64,000 nt of DNA. It comes from a virus. The stretch is taken from positions 4,325 to 68,324 of the IMG/VR virus record IMGVR_UViG_3300020420_000013, one strand, 5' to 3'. Made by a program: the position numbers and the translations under genes. Positions 9,460-19,371 of the stretch are shown piece by piece; within the stretch, counting starts at the first letter, position 1, and every line of letters starts with the position of its first letter. The notes beneath the pieces were generated by a model. The model ran no database searches, had not been told where the DNA came from, and saw only the letters and a list, made by a program, of their open reading frames with translations.

Positions 9460-9488
9460 AATATAACATTGTTTGAAATAAAAAGCAA
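9460..9488 (-). promoter_or_regulatory. Sigma70-type promoter for the candidate ncRNA
   Basis: TTGCTT (9488-9483), 17 nt, TATATT (9465-9460), with extended -10 TG. Confidence 0.6.
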
Positions 9489-9537
9489 CCAGAAAAGTGA
9501 AAAAGGTTTACCAAAATGTATATTTTGATTCAGTCAT

Positions 9538-9566
9538 AAAAAAAGGGCGACATAAGCCGCCCTTTT
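9538..9566 (-). terminator. Rho-independent terminator after the major capsid gene
   Basis: GGGCGG-CUUAUG-UCGCCC followed by U7. Confidence 0.85.
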
Positions 9567-9583
9567 AATAAGTTTACAAACTC

Positions 9584-10747
9584 TTATGAGAATGTTACGT
9601 TTGCTACACTAACTCTTGCTAGGTAGTCTGCCGCATTACCTAATGAAGAAGCAGTGTTGTTTAACTCAACATATCCGTATCTAGTCATGAAAGACACAAC
9701 TGGTTCGAAAGATGATGGGTCAAGTACAACGCCACTTGACATTAATGGAATGTATGGACAGTAGAACGCCGCCGCATCTGCTTCTGAAGTACCTTTGTAA
9801 CCTACAAGTACGTCAGTTGAGTCACTTGCGTAAGCATCAACGTACACTTTCATTGCACCATTTAAAGTACCTACTAATTTAGTATTAGTTGGTGCTTCGA
9901 ACGTACCTTCAGTTGTTCTTGCGAACGCTGAAGTTGTTGCAGACTGAAGAACTGTTAACGTATGCGGTGATACCACTGCAAAGTTACCAGCACCACGTCT
10001 TGTACGTTGTGCAATTTTGTTTGCCGCTCTGTTTATCATAACAGCCAACGCCGCGTGTTCATCACCCACGAATGTTGCTGTACCTGATACTGCGTTTTGA
10101 TCGTATTGAACGTCTGATTCAGCCGAACCAGCAAGTGTTCTTAAAGAATTAAGAACTTCTTGGTCGATTTCAGCAGTAATTTCTTGGGCTAATGCCGCCA
10201 TAATTTCTGCTTCGATATCGATACCTTGCTGTGCTTGAGCATCCTGAGCCGCTTCAAAAGTCCAACGAGCACTCAATTTACGAGTTTTCGCTTCAACTGT
10301 TTGTTTCAAGATCTGAATGCTTAGACGCTTACCAGCAATACCTTCTAAGTTTGCTGTTGCATCTGCTTTATCAGTAGATCCGCCACCTGAGTAACCTAAA
10401 CCAATTTGGAAAGGTGATAGTGCTTCTTCGCCTGCTGTTACGTCATCAAACGAGTCTGCATATCTTACTCTTAGTGTGTGGATTTGTCCAACTGGACCAG
10501 TCATTGGTTGTACACCTACGATTTCATTAGCGATAACCGTTGGCATAACACGTCTAATTACTGGTAGGATAACTCTGTTAAGAGTAGCAACGTTACCGGC
10601 GCTAGAGGCACCTGCAGTAGCCGCCTCTGCCAAATACTTTCTAGTATTTTCTAGAGTAGCGGACATCACAGACTTCTTATTGCCTGTTAGGCCTTCGAGC
10701 AACGCAACTTTTGTATCCTGCCATTTACTTTCTAAAAGTTCTGACAT
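9584..10747 (-). CDS. gp23: Major capsid protein (T4 gp23 family)
   Basis: Motifs LPVIRRVMP..IA.EIVGVQPMTGPVGQI, VEAKTRKL.ARWT.EAAQD, EITAEID.E, FYCPYIPL, F.P...FMTRYG. Confidence 0.97.
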   Translation of the reverse strand: MSELLESKWQDTKVALLEGLTGNKKSVMSATLENTRKYLAEAATAGASSAGNVATLNRVILPVIRRVMPTVIANEIVGVQPMTGPVGQIHTLRVRYADSFDDVTAGEEALSPFQIGLGYSGGGSTDKADATANLEGIAGKRLSIQILKQTVEAKTRKLSARWTFEAAQDAQAQQGIDIEAEIMAALAQEITAEIDQEVLNSLRTLAGSAESDVQYDQNAVSGTATFVGDEHAALAVMINRAANKIAQRTRRGAGNFAVVSPHTLTVLQSATTSAFARTTEGTFEAPTNTKLVGTLNGAMKVYVDAYASDSTDVLVGYKGTSEADAAAFYCPYIPLMSSGVVLDPSSFEPVVSFMTRYGYVELNNTASSLGNAADYLARVSVANVTFS

Positions 10748-10757
10748 TATTTTCTCC

Positions 10758-11855
10758 TTAATTTAATCCTGCAAGTCTTCTAATATCTACAACATTATCA
10801 ACTTTTGCAGAATTACTTGCACTCGAACTATTTTCTTCTTTATCGCCTGTTATTTCTTTTGCCTCGGTAAGTGTTGCCTTCTTTGCTACTGACTTGCCAT
10901 CGATTACAGCAGTTATGTACTTGTCAAACGAACCTTTTAGTTTGTCTGTTGCTACTGATTCTAGTAAGTCTTGCATAATTTCTTTCTGTTCTTTGCTCAA
11001 AGGAGCAACTAGTTCAGAAATTGTCTCTTTTCTCTTTGCGGTTTCAACAGCATTTTTAATTTCAGCATCTTTGCTTTCAACTAATTTTGCTTTATTCTCA
11101 GCATTCGCTTTCGCTTCCGCAAGTTGTTTATCCTTCAAATCAACCACTTTAAGTAGTTTTGCAGTTTCGCTCTTCTCATTCATGTATGACTGATTGTACT
11201 CTTCTGCAAACGTCTCGAAAATCTTACGACCAAAGTCGTTTCTACGTGCTGTGTCGATGTCTTCTTTCAATTGACTAATTTCATTGTTTAATGTCTTAGC
11301 AACTGTTTTCTCTACAACTTTAGCACCTTTTTCGATGAAGGATGTTTTTACTTTACTTAAATGTTCTTTGGCTTCACGAATTAATCTAACCTTCGTTTCT
11401 GCCAAATCTTTTTTGTCTTCGTGGAACTCAGCAATTTCTTTTGCAAGAGCATCGACTACAAATTCTTCAAGTTTGCCAAATTTACTTGCCATAACTTTTT
11501 GATCTTCATGTAGTTCAGAAACTTCTTTGCCTAACTGTTCCATTACAAAACCTTTAAGTAGGTCTGCGTTCTCACGCATTGCTACATGGTATTTTGCTCT
11601 GGCTTCAGCAAGTTTATTTCTATCTTCAGCAAATTCTGAAATTTCTGCTTGTAATTTTTCATCTAACATTTTTTCCACGGCTTCTACCATATTGGCTTTA
11701 TCGTGTTCATATTTAGATGCAAACTCTTCACGTAATTCCGCTGTAATCTGCATTTGATTTTCTTTAACTTTGGCATTCCAAGCCTCTTCGATGTCATTCT
11801 TGATCTCTTCTGAAATTGCATTTGTTTCAAAAAGTGATTTTAAAGCGTCTAACAT
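10758..11855 (-). CDS. gp22: Prohead core/scaffold protein (T4 gp22-like)
   Basis: E/K-rich coiled coil between the protease and capsid genes; FGRKIFETF motif. Confidence 0.8.
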   Translation of the reverse strand: MLDALKSLFETNAISEEIKNDIEEAWNAKVKENQMQITAELREEFASKYEHDKANMVEAVEKMLDEKLQAEISEFAEDRNKLAEARAKYHVAMRENADLLKGFVMEQLGKEVSELHEDQKVMASKFGKLEEFVVDALAKEIAEFHEDKKDLAETKVRLIREAKEHLSKVKTSFIEKGAKVVEKTVAKTLNNEISQLKEDIDTARRNDFGRKIFETFAEEYNQSYMNEKSETAKLLKVVDLKDKQLAEAKANAENKAKLVESKDAEIKNAVETAKRKETISELVAPLSKEQKEIMQDLLESVATDKLKGSFDKYITAVIDGKSVAKKATLTEAKEITGDKEENSSSASNSAKVDNVVDIRRLAGLN

Positions 11856-11865
11856 CTGGTTCTCC

Positions 11866-12501
11866 TTATTTCAAACCTTTAATAACTGTGATTAAAGATT
11901 CTTTGATGTACTTTTGTGCCTTTGAGTCGCCTTGGACTTCTTTTGCCAAGTTTAAAGCCTGATAGCCACCACGGCTATTTAATAAGTGTTCGTAAATAGG
12001 CGTTGGATACGCCCCTGGAGCACTTGGTTGTGCGACACAGTCAACAGTAATGATTTCAAAATCTGAAACCGTATTGCTTCCGTCTTCGCTAACATTCCCT
12101 GAACCTCTTGATGAGACTCCTAATTTAACTCCGCTTTCAAGCATTGTTTTAACTAGGATTCCCATCGGTGTAGGTAATATCTTCATCTTTCCATAACCAT
12201 TTGGTCCATCTGTCCACATTTCTGTGATCATATGGCTTACACGGTCTAGGTTAATATTGAGTCCTTCTGGATGATCAACTTCGCCAAGAACTGAATATCC
12301 TCCGCTTATTTGATCATTGAGAGTGTTGACAGCCCTACTAATTTCGCTTACAGGATAAACACGTTGGTTTGCATTACGCACACCACCCTGAATACAAATT
12401 CCTTTTAAATAAAGGTCTTTGCCTCCCTTGTCGTTCTCAGTAGTTTCAACGACCATCTTCGCTTGGTCGAATGTCAAGTTCTCACGTAAGTTTAACACCA
12501 C
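11866..12501 (-). CDS. gp21: Prohead protease (T4 gp21 family)
   Basis: LKGICIQ..VRNANQRVYP, LGEVDHP, RVSH, GVSSRGSG, DCVAQPSAPGAY. Confidence 0.95.
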   Translation of the reverse strand: MVLNLRENLTFDQAKMVVETTENDKGGKDLYLKGICIQGGVRNANQRVYPVSEISRAVNTLNDQISGGYSVLGEVDHPEGLNINLDRVSHMITEMWTDGPNGYGKMKILPTPMGILVKTMLESGVKLGVSSRGSGNVSEDGSNTVSDFEIITVDCVAQPSAPGAYPTPIYEHLLNSRGGYQALNLAKEVQGDSKAQKYIKESLITVIKGLK

Positions 12502-12520
12502 TAAAAGTCCTCTATACTAA

Positions 12521-13507
12521 TTACGAACCGATAATACTTTTACTATCAGTTCCTGTTTCGCCACTGCCTTTTTTCTCAGCGCCGTGACCTTTGGAGTCTG
12601 CCTTCATAGACTTACTTGCTTTACCACCTGGAACATTCACGTTACCCATGTTGTCCTCTTTTGGTGCCATTGCAGATCCGCCTTTTTCTTCTGCAGAACC
12701 TTTTGCGATGTTAGAAGCAGTTCCACCCATATCGTTTTTACCCGCTACTGGTGATTTTGCTTTGTTATCTTCGCCTTTTGGCTCAGCAACTTTTTCTACA
12801 TACTCACGCATTTGTTCTGTATTAGATTTTGCAGTTTCATCTTTCGACTCAACTGGCATTTCTTCAACTCCAAGTTCGGAAGTTGGCATTACTGCTTCAT
12901 CTTCCTTTTCTTCGTCACCCATGTCATCCATTGGTGCTTCAGAATCTTCTTCGTCACCTTCTTCATCTTTGTCGCCCATCATTTTTTCAAATTCAGACTT
13001 AAGATCGTCTAGTGCATCTTCTAAATCAACGACTCTGTCTTCAATGTCTTCGTCGTCTTCACCTTTATCTTCGTCGCCTTCTTTGTCGTCGTCCATTGCA
13101 TCTTCAACATCATTCATCATGTCATCTGCTGGATCGCCGCCCATTTCAGGTGCTTCAGGTGTAATTTCTTCAATACCTTCTTCAGTTTTTTCATCTTCAT
13201 CAGTTGCTTCAGTAGTTTCTTCATCTTTATCTTCTGATGCTTCGTCTACTTTATCTTCATCTGCTGAATCATCTTTAGACGCTTCGTCAACTTCTTTGTC
13301 ATCATCTTCTTTTGATGCTTCGTCAACTGCTTCGTCTTCTTTTTTCGCTTCATCAACGTCTAATTCTTTAACGTCGTCTGCTAATAAATTTTCGTAAATG
13401 TTTCTTGATTTTTCTACCACTATTTCGTGGAATAATTCCTCAGCACCTTTGCGGTCTTCGGAAACTAATTTTTCGAGCATTTCCTCGAATTTGTTTCTGT
13501 CTGCCAT
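12521..13507 (-). CDS. Highly acidic prohead core protein
   Basis: D/E-rich with repeated VDEAS units; SD GGAGG; in the head operon under a late promoter. Confidence 0.7.
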   Translation of the reverse strand: MADRNKFEEMLEKLVSEDRKGAEELFHEIVVEKSRNIYENLLADDVKELDVDEAKKEDEAVDEASKEDDDKEVDEASKDDSADEDKVDEASEDKDEETTEATDEDEKTEEGIEEITPEAPEMGGDPADDMMNDVEDAMDDDKEGDEDKGEDDEDIEDRVVDLEDALDDLKSEFEKMMGDKDEEGDEEDSEAPMDDMGDEEKEDEAVMPTSELGVEEMPVESKDETAKSNTEQMREYVEKVAEPKGEDNKAKSPVAGKNDMGGTASNIAKGSAEEKGGSAMAPKEDNMGNVNVPGGKASKSMKADSKGHGAEKKGSGETGTDSKSIIGS

Positions 13508-13552
13508 TGTAATACCTCCTATAAGTAAAATTTTTGGTAAGGCTGTCAGTAA

Positions 13553-13558
13553 TATTTA
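13553..13558 (-). promoter_or_regulatory. Late promoter core for the head operon
   Basis: gTAAATA in the intergenic region upstream of 13507. Confidence 0.6.
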
Positions 13559-13613
13559 CATATAATGAAGAAAATACGCTGAATATAGGCTCAAAACACG
13601 TTATTTTGAAACC

Positions 13614-14219
13614 TTAATGTGATTTCGTGAACTGTTTACAGAAGTCTGTAACAGTCATATGGGTTATGTTACTAAAGTTTTTTAGACTTTTAGGACAAAA
13701 ATCCTCCCCATCCTTAACTACTCTTATATATCTCGTTCTGTGATTTCTTTGGGCAATTATACCCGTTTGACGTTCCCAGTTGCCAAAATATGTCGCATTA
13801 TCCTCGGGTCTTTTATAATTTAATGTGCCTGCATATAAGTTGTTTACTTTATCTTCATTTCCACCTGTGCCTGTAGTACCCCTAAAATCAAAGCCTAAAA
13901 TATATATTGTATCGTGTTTATGCCATGTTGCTAGATCCAATGCAGTAGGGCCACTGCTCCAACCCTTGCTAGGATCAAAAAAGTGTAAACCTTCTATGTC
14001 TTTGAAAGATTTATTAGGATTAGTCCATACTTGATGTTTCAATTGATAATTGCTTTGACAAATTTCAAGCACCATCTTGGCATCAACGGCAATTAAGTAA
14101 TCGCTATCGAATGATCTATACAATGCATTGCAACCGTAGATTGCTCCGTGACTTCTTAATGGTTCTAATGGGATGTCTTTACGACTTGTTCCGTTTCCTA
14201 GCACGAATGCTATTGACAT
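13614..14219 (-). CDS. Rossmann-like DUF115/MptE/Maf-type putative transferase
   Basis: AFVLGNGTSR, IYGCNALYR, LIAVD, WSSGPTAL, IYILGFD motifs. Confidence 0.6.
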   Translation of the reverse strand: MSIAFVLGNGTSRKDIPLEPLRSHGAIYGCNALYRSFDSDYLIAVDAKMVLEICQSNYQLKHQVWTNPNKSFKDIEGLHFFDPSKGWSSGPTALDLATWHKHDTIYILGFDFRGTTGTGGNEDKVNNLYAGTLNYKRPEDNATYFGNWERQTGIIAQRNHRTRYIRVVKDGEDFCPKSLKNFSNITHMTVTDFCKQFTKSH

Positions 14220-14222
14220 TTA

Positions 14223-14465
14223 CTACACCTCGGCTGTATTAGCGGCAATTCCGTACATTTGTCTTACGAAATCTAAATCTTTCTCCTGCTCTTCTTTATG
14301 TAGTTCAGATGCCTGTCTTGCTTTATTGATTTGGCGTAGTGTAAGGCGTGTTTTACGTGTATCTGTTTTCTTCATGATACTATCGTCCATTGAAGCATCA
14401 TAGGACTTATCTTCTATTGGCTCCAGTGATTCTTTATCAAAATAAAATAACTCTCTCAGTATCAT
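14223..14465 (-). CDS. Small head-associated hypothetical protein (80 aa)
   Basis: Directly after the portal gene; begins MILRE; TRKTRLTL..IN..R motif; TAAATA 5 nt upstream. Confidence 0.7.
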   Translation of the reverse strand: MILRELFYFDKESLEPIEDKSYDASMDDSIMKKTDTRKTRLTLRQINKARQASELHKEEQEKDLDFVRQMYGIAANTAEV

Positions 14466-14479
14466 ATAATTATTTAGCC

Positions 14480-16216
14480 TTATTGCTGTGGAGTAGTGCC
14501 AGCGCCACCTACTGGTGTACCTGTCGCTGTATCCGGTGGAGTCGCTTCACCGCCTGCTACTGGATCTGGCTCTGCTTCTGGATCAACATCTTCTGTACCA
14601 CCTAAGTCGGCAGTAATACCTGCACCACTTACACCAACGCCACGCATTTCACCTGCGGCATCAGTTGGAGGAGCAGATAAGTTTTCATCGTTCTCTTCTT
14701 TCCAGTAACGTTCATTCTCAGCAATCTCTTCTGCTGACATTCCTAAGAAACGTTTCATTGCATATCTATTACTTACAAATGGAATAGCCTGTATCTGTGT
14801 AAATGTACCAATACGTTGATTGTCTAATTCACTTTGTCTGTAACTTGCAAAGTTTTGAGGAGTTTGAAATTCTAAATCAAACATAGCAAAGTCTACGTTT
14901 GCACCTTTTTCCATCAAGTAACGTTTAAACTCTTGATCAAATTCTTCTGTAACTAGATTTTGTAAACGTTCACAATACTTGTTGAACCTTAATTCTTGGA
15001 TATATGCAGTACCTACTCTACCATCATTGAATTGACTTTGTCCTTCATCTTGTGCGGCACTTGGTAAGTATGAACTTGGAATACGTAAACCTCTAATTAG
15101 TTTATTAGTAAAGTATTTAAGATCATCAATCTCACCTAAGTTAGTACCACCTGGTAATGTTTCAACTTTAGATCCACGTCCTTCTGCTGTTTGCGGAAAG
15201 AAGTAATCTTCGTTTGTTGATAACGGATTGTATGCACTATCAATTACGTTTGTAGATCCACCTGATGCACTTGGAATACGTCTTTGGTGTATTTCTGTTT
15301 TTACACGTTCAACGAACTGCATAGCAAGGTGTGATGGCATATTACCTACATCAATATAAAACACTCTACGTTCTGGTGCTCTTTGTGTTCTGTAAATAAT
15401 AATTGCATCTTCTAATAATTCTTTTTGTTTGTAAACTTTAAAAATACTTTCAAGCAATGAATTACCAAATGGGTAATTGTTATCTAAACCTTCACTTAAA
15501 CTTAAATGTACAATATGATCTGCATCAACGGCAATCTCTCTTTGATCTGTTTGAAATCTACTGCCTGCTTGTGATTGTGCATTACCAACCATACCTCTAA
15601 CACCACCTGTTAAGTAGCCATCGCCACCTCCAGTTACATTGCCGTTAGTTGTATATGGTGTTGTTGCAACCTGTTCTCTAAAATTAAGGTTTACATCTCT
15701 TACTATATATTGTTCAGGTTTTTTACCTTCTGATTCGTTTACAATTATACGTGAAACTTTTGCTGGATCAACATGGAACCATTTTTTAGTTTCTGGATCT
15801 CTAATAAAGAAAGCATCACCATACTTAAATACGTTTCTTAATATACGGAACATCTTAGTTCCAAAGTTATTTAATTTACACCATTGCTGTAAGTATTTTT
15901 GTAATACTGTTATTTCTGAATTAGTTGCTTTTTGTTTAAAATTAATTTTAAACGAAGTTCTGTTTTGATCGTTCTCTTGTGAACAAAATTCTGCTAATAT
16001 GTCTAATGCCGCATTTACTTCACTGTCGTTATCCATAACGTTATATTGTCCATAACGTTCAACGCGGTTTGGACTACCTACATATACATCTGGTAGATAT
16101 GAAGAATAATTTGATCTTGCAGGTCCCGGCCCTTGGCCTCGTCCATTAATTGGACTATAACTTGTTCCTGCACCGTCTCCTTGTTCAACTGGTGTAAAAT
16201 ATCTTTTCCAACTCAT
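14480..16216 (-). CDS. gp20: Portal protein (T4 gp20 family)
   Basis: LLEDAIIIYR..RAPERRVFYIDVGNMP, EDYFFP...GRGSKVETLPGG.NLGEIDD..YF..KL..GLRIP. Confidence 0.96.
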   Translation of the reverse strand: MSWKRYFTPVEQGDGAGTSYSPINGRGQGPGPARSNYSSYLPDVYVGSPNRVERYGQYNVMDNDSEVNAALDILAEFCSQENDQNRTSFKINFKQKATNSEITVLQKYLQQWCKLNNFGTKMFRILRNVFKYGDAFFIRDPETKKWFHVDPAKVSRIIVNESEGKKPEQYIVRDVNLNFREQVATTPYTTNGNVTGGGDGYLTGGVRGMVGNAQSQAGSRFQTDQREIAVDADHIVHLSLSEGLDNNYPFGNSLLESIFKVYKQKELLEDAIIIYRTQRAPERRVFYIDVGNMPSHLAMQFVERVKTEIHQRRIPSASGGSTNVIDSAYNPLSTNEDYFFPQTAEGRGSKVETLPGGTNLGEIDDLKYFTNKLIRGLRIPSSYLPSAAQDEGQSQFNDGRVGTAYIQELRFNKYCERLQNLVTEEFDQEFKRYLMEKGANVDFAMFDLEFQTPQNFASYRQSELDNQRIGTFTQIQAIPFVSNRYAMKRFLGMSAEEIAENERYWKEENDENLSAPPTDAAGEMRGVGVSGAGITADLGGTEDVDPEAEPDPVAGGEATPPDTATGTPVGGAGTTPQQ

Positions 16217-16225
16217 CTACAATCC

Positions 16226-18406
16226 TTATGCACTCGAATACATATCCGACGTGTTACTTTTTGTTGTTCTCAGCAATGCACGAAGTAATTCATTTTGCTC
16301 TTGTAAGAGTGCTACTTGCATTCCACTTGCACCGCCATCAGTACTATTTACCGACTTACTTGCATCGGCCGATGCTTTACTGGCCTGCTCTTTTGATTTT
16401 TTCTCTGCTTCTTTGGATGCCTCCAGTGCCGCTGTTACAGTATCATCTGATACTTTGGCCGCTGTTTCTTCAGCATTATCTGGCACTTTCATCGCAGTTT
16501 TCTTGATACTTGGAGCATCTGGTGTATAGGCTTCTGAGACTTTTTGTTCTTGTTTTTCATCGTCTCCACCAAACCAATTTAAAGGATTAAGTTTGCTACC
16601 AAAACTTTTGATTGATTCCCAAAGACTTCCAAACCATTCTCCCATCCAACTAAACATACCTTTAATTGGTTCCCAAATGTATTCGTTACCTAATTCTAAA
16701 ATCTTATCCATTCCAAATACTAATGCCAACCCTGCACCAATTGCCAAGAATGGTCCTGTGAATATTCCAAGTGCAAGTGCTAACAGTCCTGTTAAAATAC
16801 CTGCAATAATTTTTGTTCCTAATCCGTCAAACATACCAAAGAAGAAATCGCTTACATAAGTTTTTATTTTTACTACAATTTTATCAAATGTGCCTTTAGG
16901 ATCTGCCATAAAGTCGTTTACAAATGCTGTAAAACTTTTTATGACTTCTTCTACATGAGGTTTTAATTTTTCCATCATTACACTGACATCTTCAGTCTTA
17001 GGCATTAATTCGCCAAGTGCATCAGTGACCATTTTAAATATATCACTTTCTAAAAATGCTGAAAATAAGTTACCTCTAATAGTTGCAAGGTTTTGTTCTA
17101 CCTGTGCTAGGGATTGTGTAACTTTATCTCTTTCTTCATTTTCCTTTTTAATTTTTTCTCCGTCCTTTTTAGTCAATGCTAATAGGTCTGTGTTTGAACT
17201 TAAAATTTTGTATAAAGCAGGATTAGTTTGTTCCAATGCTTGTAATTGTGCGGCATTCATTTGCCCAACATTCTTTTCGATAAGTGGAGCAAGTTCCATT
17301 AACCTGTTGTTTAGTTCTGCAGGATCAAGTTCACCTGATGCCATTTCTTGTGCAAGTTTAACAAAATCGTCACCGCCCATAGCCATTAACATCATACCTT
17401 CTTCAGTTTGTGCGGCACCGTCTGCCAAGTCTTTAAATGCATCTGATAAGCCAGGTACTTTGTTGTCCAAGAATGCTAGACTGTTTGTTAAGTTTTCTCT
17501 TGCTTTACCTTCTAACTTATTGATCATATTTCTCATTCTAGCATCGCTTTGTTGAGAAACCCTGGCCGCTTCTGCCTCTTTACGAGTCATACCTGTTACT
17601 TTTGCTAACTTGTCAAGTTCAGTTAGATAGACACTTGCACCTTGGGTTAATTGTGCATCACTCATTCCACGTAGTCTACCTGCTCTTGCCATCTCTTCGG
17701 TGTACGCAATAAGTCCTTCGTTTACACCTTCCATGGTATAACCCATGCCTAAGAAGTCTTCTTCACTAGTTCTTAAATTTTTACTAATTCTACCAAAACG
17801 TTTAGCACCTTCTGTAACACTAACACCTAACATTGACATTTGTTGTGAATTGTTTGCTATTGTTTCTGCAAACATACCTAATGGCATTTCTGCTTTTGCG
17901 GCCGCTCTGGCAATATTGAACATATTATTACCAAAACCTGCTCCTGATTCTGATAAGTTTCTAAAATTATCTACAAGTCCTTCTGCTAATCCAACCAATG
18001 ATCCTAACGGACCTCCAACAAGCGGGATAGCACTTGCTAGATCACTCATTCTGTTACCAGTGAACAGTAATGTTTCTCCAAAATCGTATGCTGATCCTAT
18101 TAGATCACCAGCAAATCCTAATAATCCTTTGGTTGCTTTTCTAACACCCGAACCAAAATCATCAACTAAAGTTGTTGTGTTTGCAATACTTTTACTGAAA
18201 TCGCCAGTTTCTTTATTGGCTTTCTTCATGCTTGGGCCTAATCCACCGGCTCCGCCGCCAGGACCGCCTGCACCACCGCCGGATCCACCGCCACCAGTGC
18301 CACCGCGACCTTTCAGTGCTTTCAAGATTTCCTGTAAAGTACTGTCTTCCGCCGCATTTTTGGCTATTACGTTACCAACTCCCGGAATGTCAACTTGTAC
18401 TGCCAT
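16226..18406 (-). CDS. Putative tail tape-measure protein (726 aa)
   Basis: Long A/L/M/E-rich helical protein with a hydrophobic segment (IIAGILTGLLALALGIFTGPFLAIGAGLALVFG) and W/F periodic repeats; adjacent to a chaperone-like frameshift pair. Confidence 0.6.
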   Translation of the reverse strand: MAVQVDIPGVGNVIAKNAAEDSTLQEILKALKGRGGTGGGGSGGGAGGPGGGAGGLGPSMKKANKETGDFSKSIANTTTLVDDFGSGVRKATKGLLGFAGDLIGSAYDFGETLLFTGNRMSDLASAIPLVGGPLGSLVGLAEGLVDNFRNLSESGAGFGNNMFNIARAAAKAEMPLGMFAETIANNSQQMSMLGVSVTEGAKRFGRISKNLRTSEEDFLGMGYTMEGVNEGLIAYTEEMARAGRLRGMSDAQLTQGASVYLTELDKLAKVTGMTRKEAEAARVSQQSDARMRNMINKLEGKARENLTNSLAFLDNKVPGLSDAFKDLADGAAQTEEGMMLMAMGGDDFVKLAQEMASGELDPAELNNRLMELAPLIEKNVGQMNAAQLQALEQTNPALYKILSSNTDLLALTKKDGEKIKKENEERDKVTQSLAQVEQNLATIRGNLFSAFLESDIFKMVTDALGELMPKTEDVSVMMEKLKPHVEEVIKSFTAFVNDFMADPKGTFDKIVVKIKTYVSDFFFGMFDGLGTKIIAGILTGLLALALGIFTGPFLAIGAGLALVFGMDKILELGNEYIWEPIKGMFSWMGEWFGSLWESIKSFGSKLNPLNWFGGDDEKQEQKVSEAYTPDAPSIKKTAMKVPDNAEETAAKVSDDTVTAALEASKEAEKKSKEQASKASADASKSVNSTDGGASGMQVALLQEQNELLRALLRTTKSNTSDMYSSA

Positions 18407-18435
18407 TAATTAAATACCCATATAATTAGACTCTA

Positions 18436-18463
18436 TAAATACTAATGCTAATACACTTATTTA
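18436..18463. promoter_or_regulatory. Face-to-face late promoters: (+) TAAATA 18436-18441 and (-) TAAATA 18463-18458
   Basis: Both lie in the 71-nt gap between divergent genes; the (+) copy is a full TATAAATA. Confidence 0.6.
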
Positions 18464-18477
18464 GCAGGAGAAAAAAG

Positions 18478-19371
18478 ATGGATAATAAAAATGTACCACT
18501 GGCAGGAACACCGATTCAACCCTTGGGACAAAATCCGTTACAGAAACACTTTAGACAGCCAAAGATCTATCTGAAGTTGCCTAGTCAAGGACGTTGGTAT
18601 CCCAATGGTGCGATTGATTTGCCTGAGAACGGAGAAATACCAATCTACTCTATGACGGCAAAAGATGAACTCACGTTCAAGACACCTGATGCACTTTTAA
18701 ATGGTCAATCAGTTGTTGATGTGATTCAAAGTTGTGCGCCAAACATTAAAAATGCTTGGGCCGTACCGTCAGTGGATTTAGATTGTTTACTTGTCGCAAT
18801 TAGAATGGCTACCTTTGGTGAAAAACTAGAAGTAAATGTAAACATACCAAACACTGAGATTCAGAAGACCTACGAAGTAGATTGTAAGTTGTTGATCGAT
18901 AGATATATCAATGCAAAATTCCAAGACGTGATGCACATTGACGGATTTACCGTAACACTTAAACCTATTAGTTATAAAGTCTTTACACAGATGGCTATTA
19001 AAACATTTGAAGAACAAAGACTTTTATCAACAGTCAATAATGAAAATATTGATTCTGCTAAAAGACTAGAACTTTTTAACAAAAGTTTTCAAACGTTAAC
19101 CGACATTAATGTACAAATTATGAAAGATGCAATAGTTTCTATTAGATGGCAAAATGAAGAGGAAGTAACAAATCCTACACACATTGCTGAATTTATTGAT
19201 AGTGCTGATGCAAAAGTTTTTAATGGAGTCAAGAAACATATTGACGAAAATAAAAAACAATTTCAAGTACAACCTATGCAGGTAAATGCCACTGATGAAG
19301 AAATTAAAGCAGGTGCACCTAAACAATTTGATGTGCCTATATCGTTCGACCAAGCAAATTTTTTCGTATAA
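18478..19371 (+). CDS. gp26: T4 gp26-like baseplate hub/tail assembly chaperone
   Basis: NPL..HFRQPKIYLKLPSQG..Y, MTAKDEL..KTPDALLNG, D.D.LLVAIR.ATFG. ATG 18478 preferred over 18445 because of SD AGGAG. Ends NFFV at a slippery site. Confidence 0.7.
   Translation: MDNKNVPLAGTPIQPLGQNPLQKHFRQPKIYLKLPSQGRWYPNGAIDLPENGEIPIYSMTAKDELTFKTPDALLNGQSVVDVIQSCAPNIKNAWAVPSVDLDCLLVAIRMATFGEKLEVNVNIPNTEIQKTYEVDCKLLIDRYINAKFQDVMHIDGFTVTLKPISYKVFTQMAIKTFEEQRLLSTVNNENIDSAKRLELFNKSFQTLTDINVQIMKDAIVSIRWQNEEEVTNPTHIAEFIDSADAKVFNGVKKHIDENKKQFQVQPMQVNATDEEIKAGAPKQFDVPISFDQANFFV

Noticed and set aside
18445-18477. Upstream ATG start of the gp26-like gene given in the track
   Set aside because: Only 3 nt after the late core; ATG 18478 has a strong AGGAG SD.
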